17,776 nucleotides of DNA from Candidatus Bathyarchaeota archaeon (GTDB lineage Archaea; Thermoproteota; Bathyarchaeia; Bathyarchaeales; Bathycorpusculaceae), in NCBI GenBank assembly GCA_963768425.1, contig CAVYHV010000020.1:1-17776 (forward strand). The letters run 5' to 3'. Shown here piece after piece: positions 17,164-17,776 of the stretch; position 1 is the first letter of the stretch, and each line of letters begins with the position of its first letter. A program made the position numbers and the translations under genes. The notes beneath the pieces were generated by a model. It was given only the letters and a program-made list of their open reading frames with translations. It was not told the origin of the DNA and ran no database searches.

Positions 17164-17475
17164 GATGAAGCCTTCCTTTACTGTAGCACTTTACCTTTTC
17201 TGAAAAGGCTATTAAGTGTTTGCCATATTTCGCGCTATAATTGCCTGAAAGGGCGATTACCTAATGTATCGAGCAACAAAACTGCATTGGAAGGCGATTG
17301 CTTGGGGAAAGTAAAGGTTGCTTTTACTGGTCTCTAAGAAAGTAATCTAAACCTGTTTTAACGTGCTGCCAAGAGACCCCCCCTCCGTCTGTCTCTGTCT
17401 GTCAGTGATACCGACCAGACCGCGAGTGAGTTATAGACTTCCGGAAAAAAAGAATCAGCCAAAACAAGAGAAAAA

Positions 17476-17776
17476 CTAAACAGCTGCCTCTGAAGAAACG
17501 CCATTTATCTCTTTCATCGTTAACTGGCGTTTAAGGGTTTTAACCATATTCAGCAGATTCCTGCTTAACTCAACCGGGTAAACAGGGGCATCTGTCAGAG
17601 CCTTGTATTCTTTTGGAAGCTTTGAAAGGTTCTCGGCGGCTTTAGCTCGAATTTGTTCAAGCGATGGAAGAGCATAAGTTAATTCGCCTTTTTCCATCAT
17701 TTTAATCAGCAGCGGTTCAGCATCAACTTTTTCATCCGCCAAAGCAATCACGTCTCTCTCAAACTTGCCCTCAGTG
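17476..17776 (-). CDS. pncB: Nicotinate phosphoribosyltransferase, C-terminal part (gene starts beyond the right edge)
   Basis: Frame is open to the edge: TEGKFERDVIALADE...EPLL..MM.KG....LPSLEQIR......LSKLP.EYK.L.....YPVELS, typical of the NAPRTase C-terminal domain. Confidence 0.8.
   Translation of the reverse strand, partial: TEGKFERDVIALADEKVDAEPLLIKMMEKGELTYALPSLEQIRAKAAENLSKLPKEYKALTDAPVYPVELSRNLLNMVKTLKRQLTMKEINGVSSEAAV

Noticed and set aside
17110-17337. 75-aa plus-strand ORF
   Set aside because: It overlaps the thiolase start and promoter region antisense and has no recognisable motif.
1-17776. CRISPR array, tRNA or rRNA genes
   Set aside because: No regularly spaced repeats or recognisable structural-RNA signatures were seen by eye.

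Overview
Archaeal genomic window, probably Bathyarchaeia (inferred from gene families, GGTGA/GGAG RBSs and TTG/GTG starts). Left to right: the 5' part of uvrB (minus strand, runs off the window edge, absent from the ORF track) with a 538-aa intein (two LAGLIDADG motifs plus an XRE-like HTH) inserted in the Walker A motif; a membrane-anchored hypothetical protein; a single-OB-fold SSB; a 1,342-bp ISH3-family IS with 15-bp TIRs, a 4-bp TSD and a frameshifted transposase; and a Yip1-family membrane protein with an extracellular insert. Next is an accessory block of about 8.4 kb bounded by gene relics (integrase-like, flavodoxin, HEPN/PaREP1-like). It holds two large secreted proteins that share a promoter region, an Ig domain and a C-terminal cassette ending in a dockerin-like module, but carry different peptidase-like domains (C39-like and thermopsin-like). 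Then comes a mevalonate-entry operon: a frameshifted thiolase homolog that appears to lack its catalytic Cys/His residues, overlapping a DUF35-HMG-CoA synthase fusion. The window ends with the 3' end of pncB. All family assignments come from motif recognition by eye; no database searches were run.
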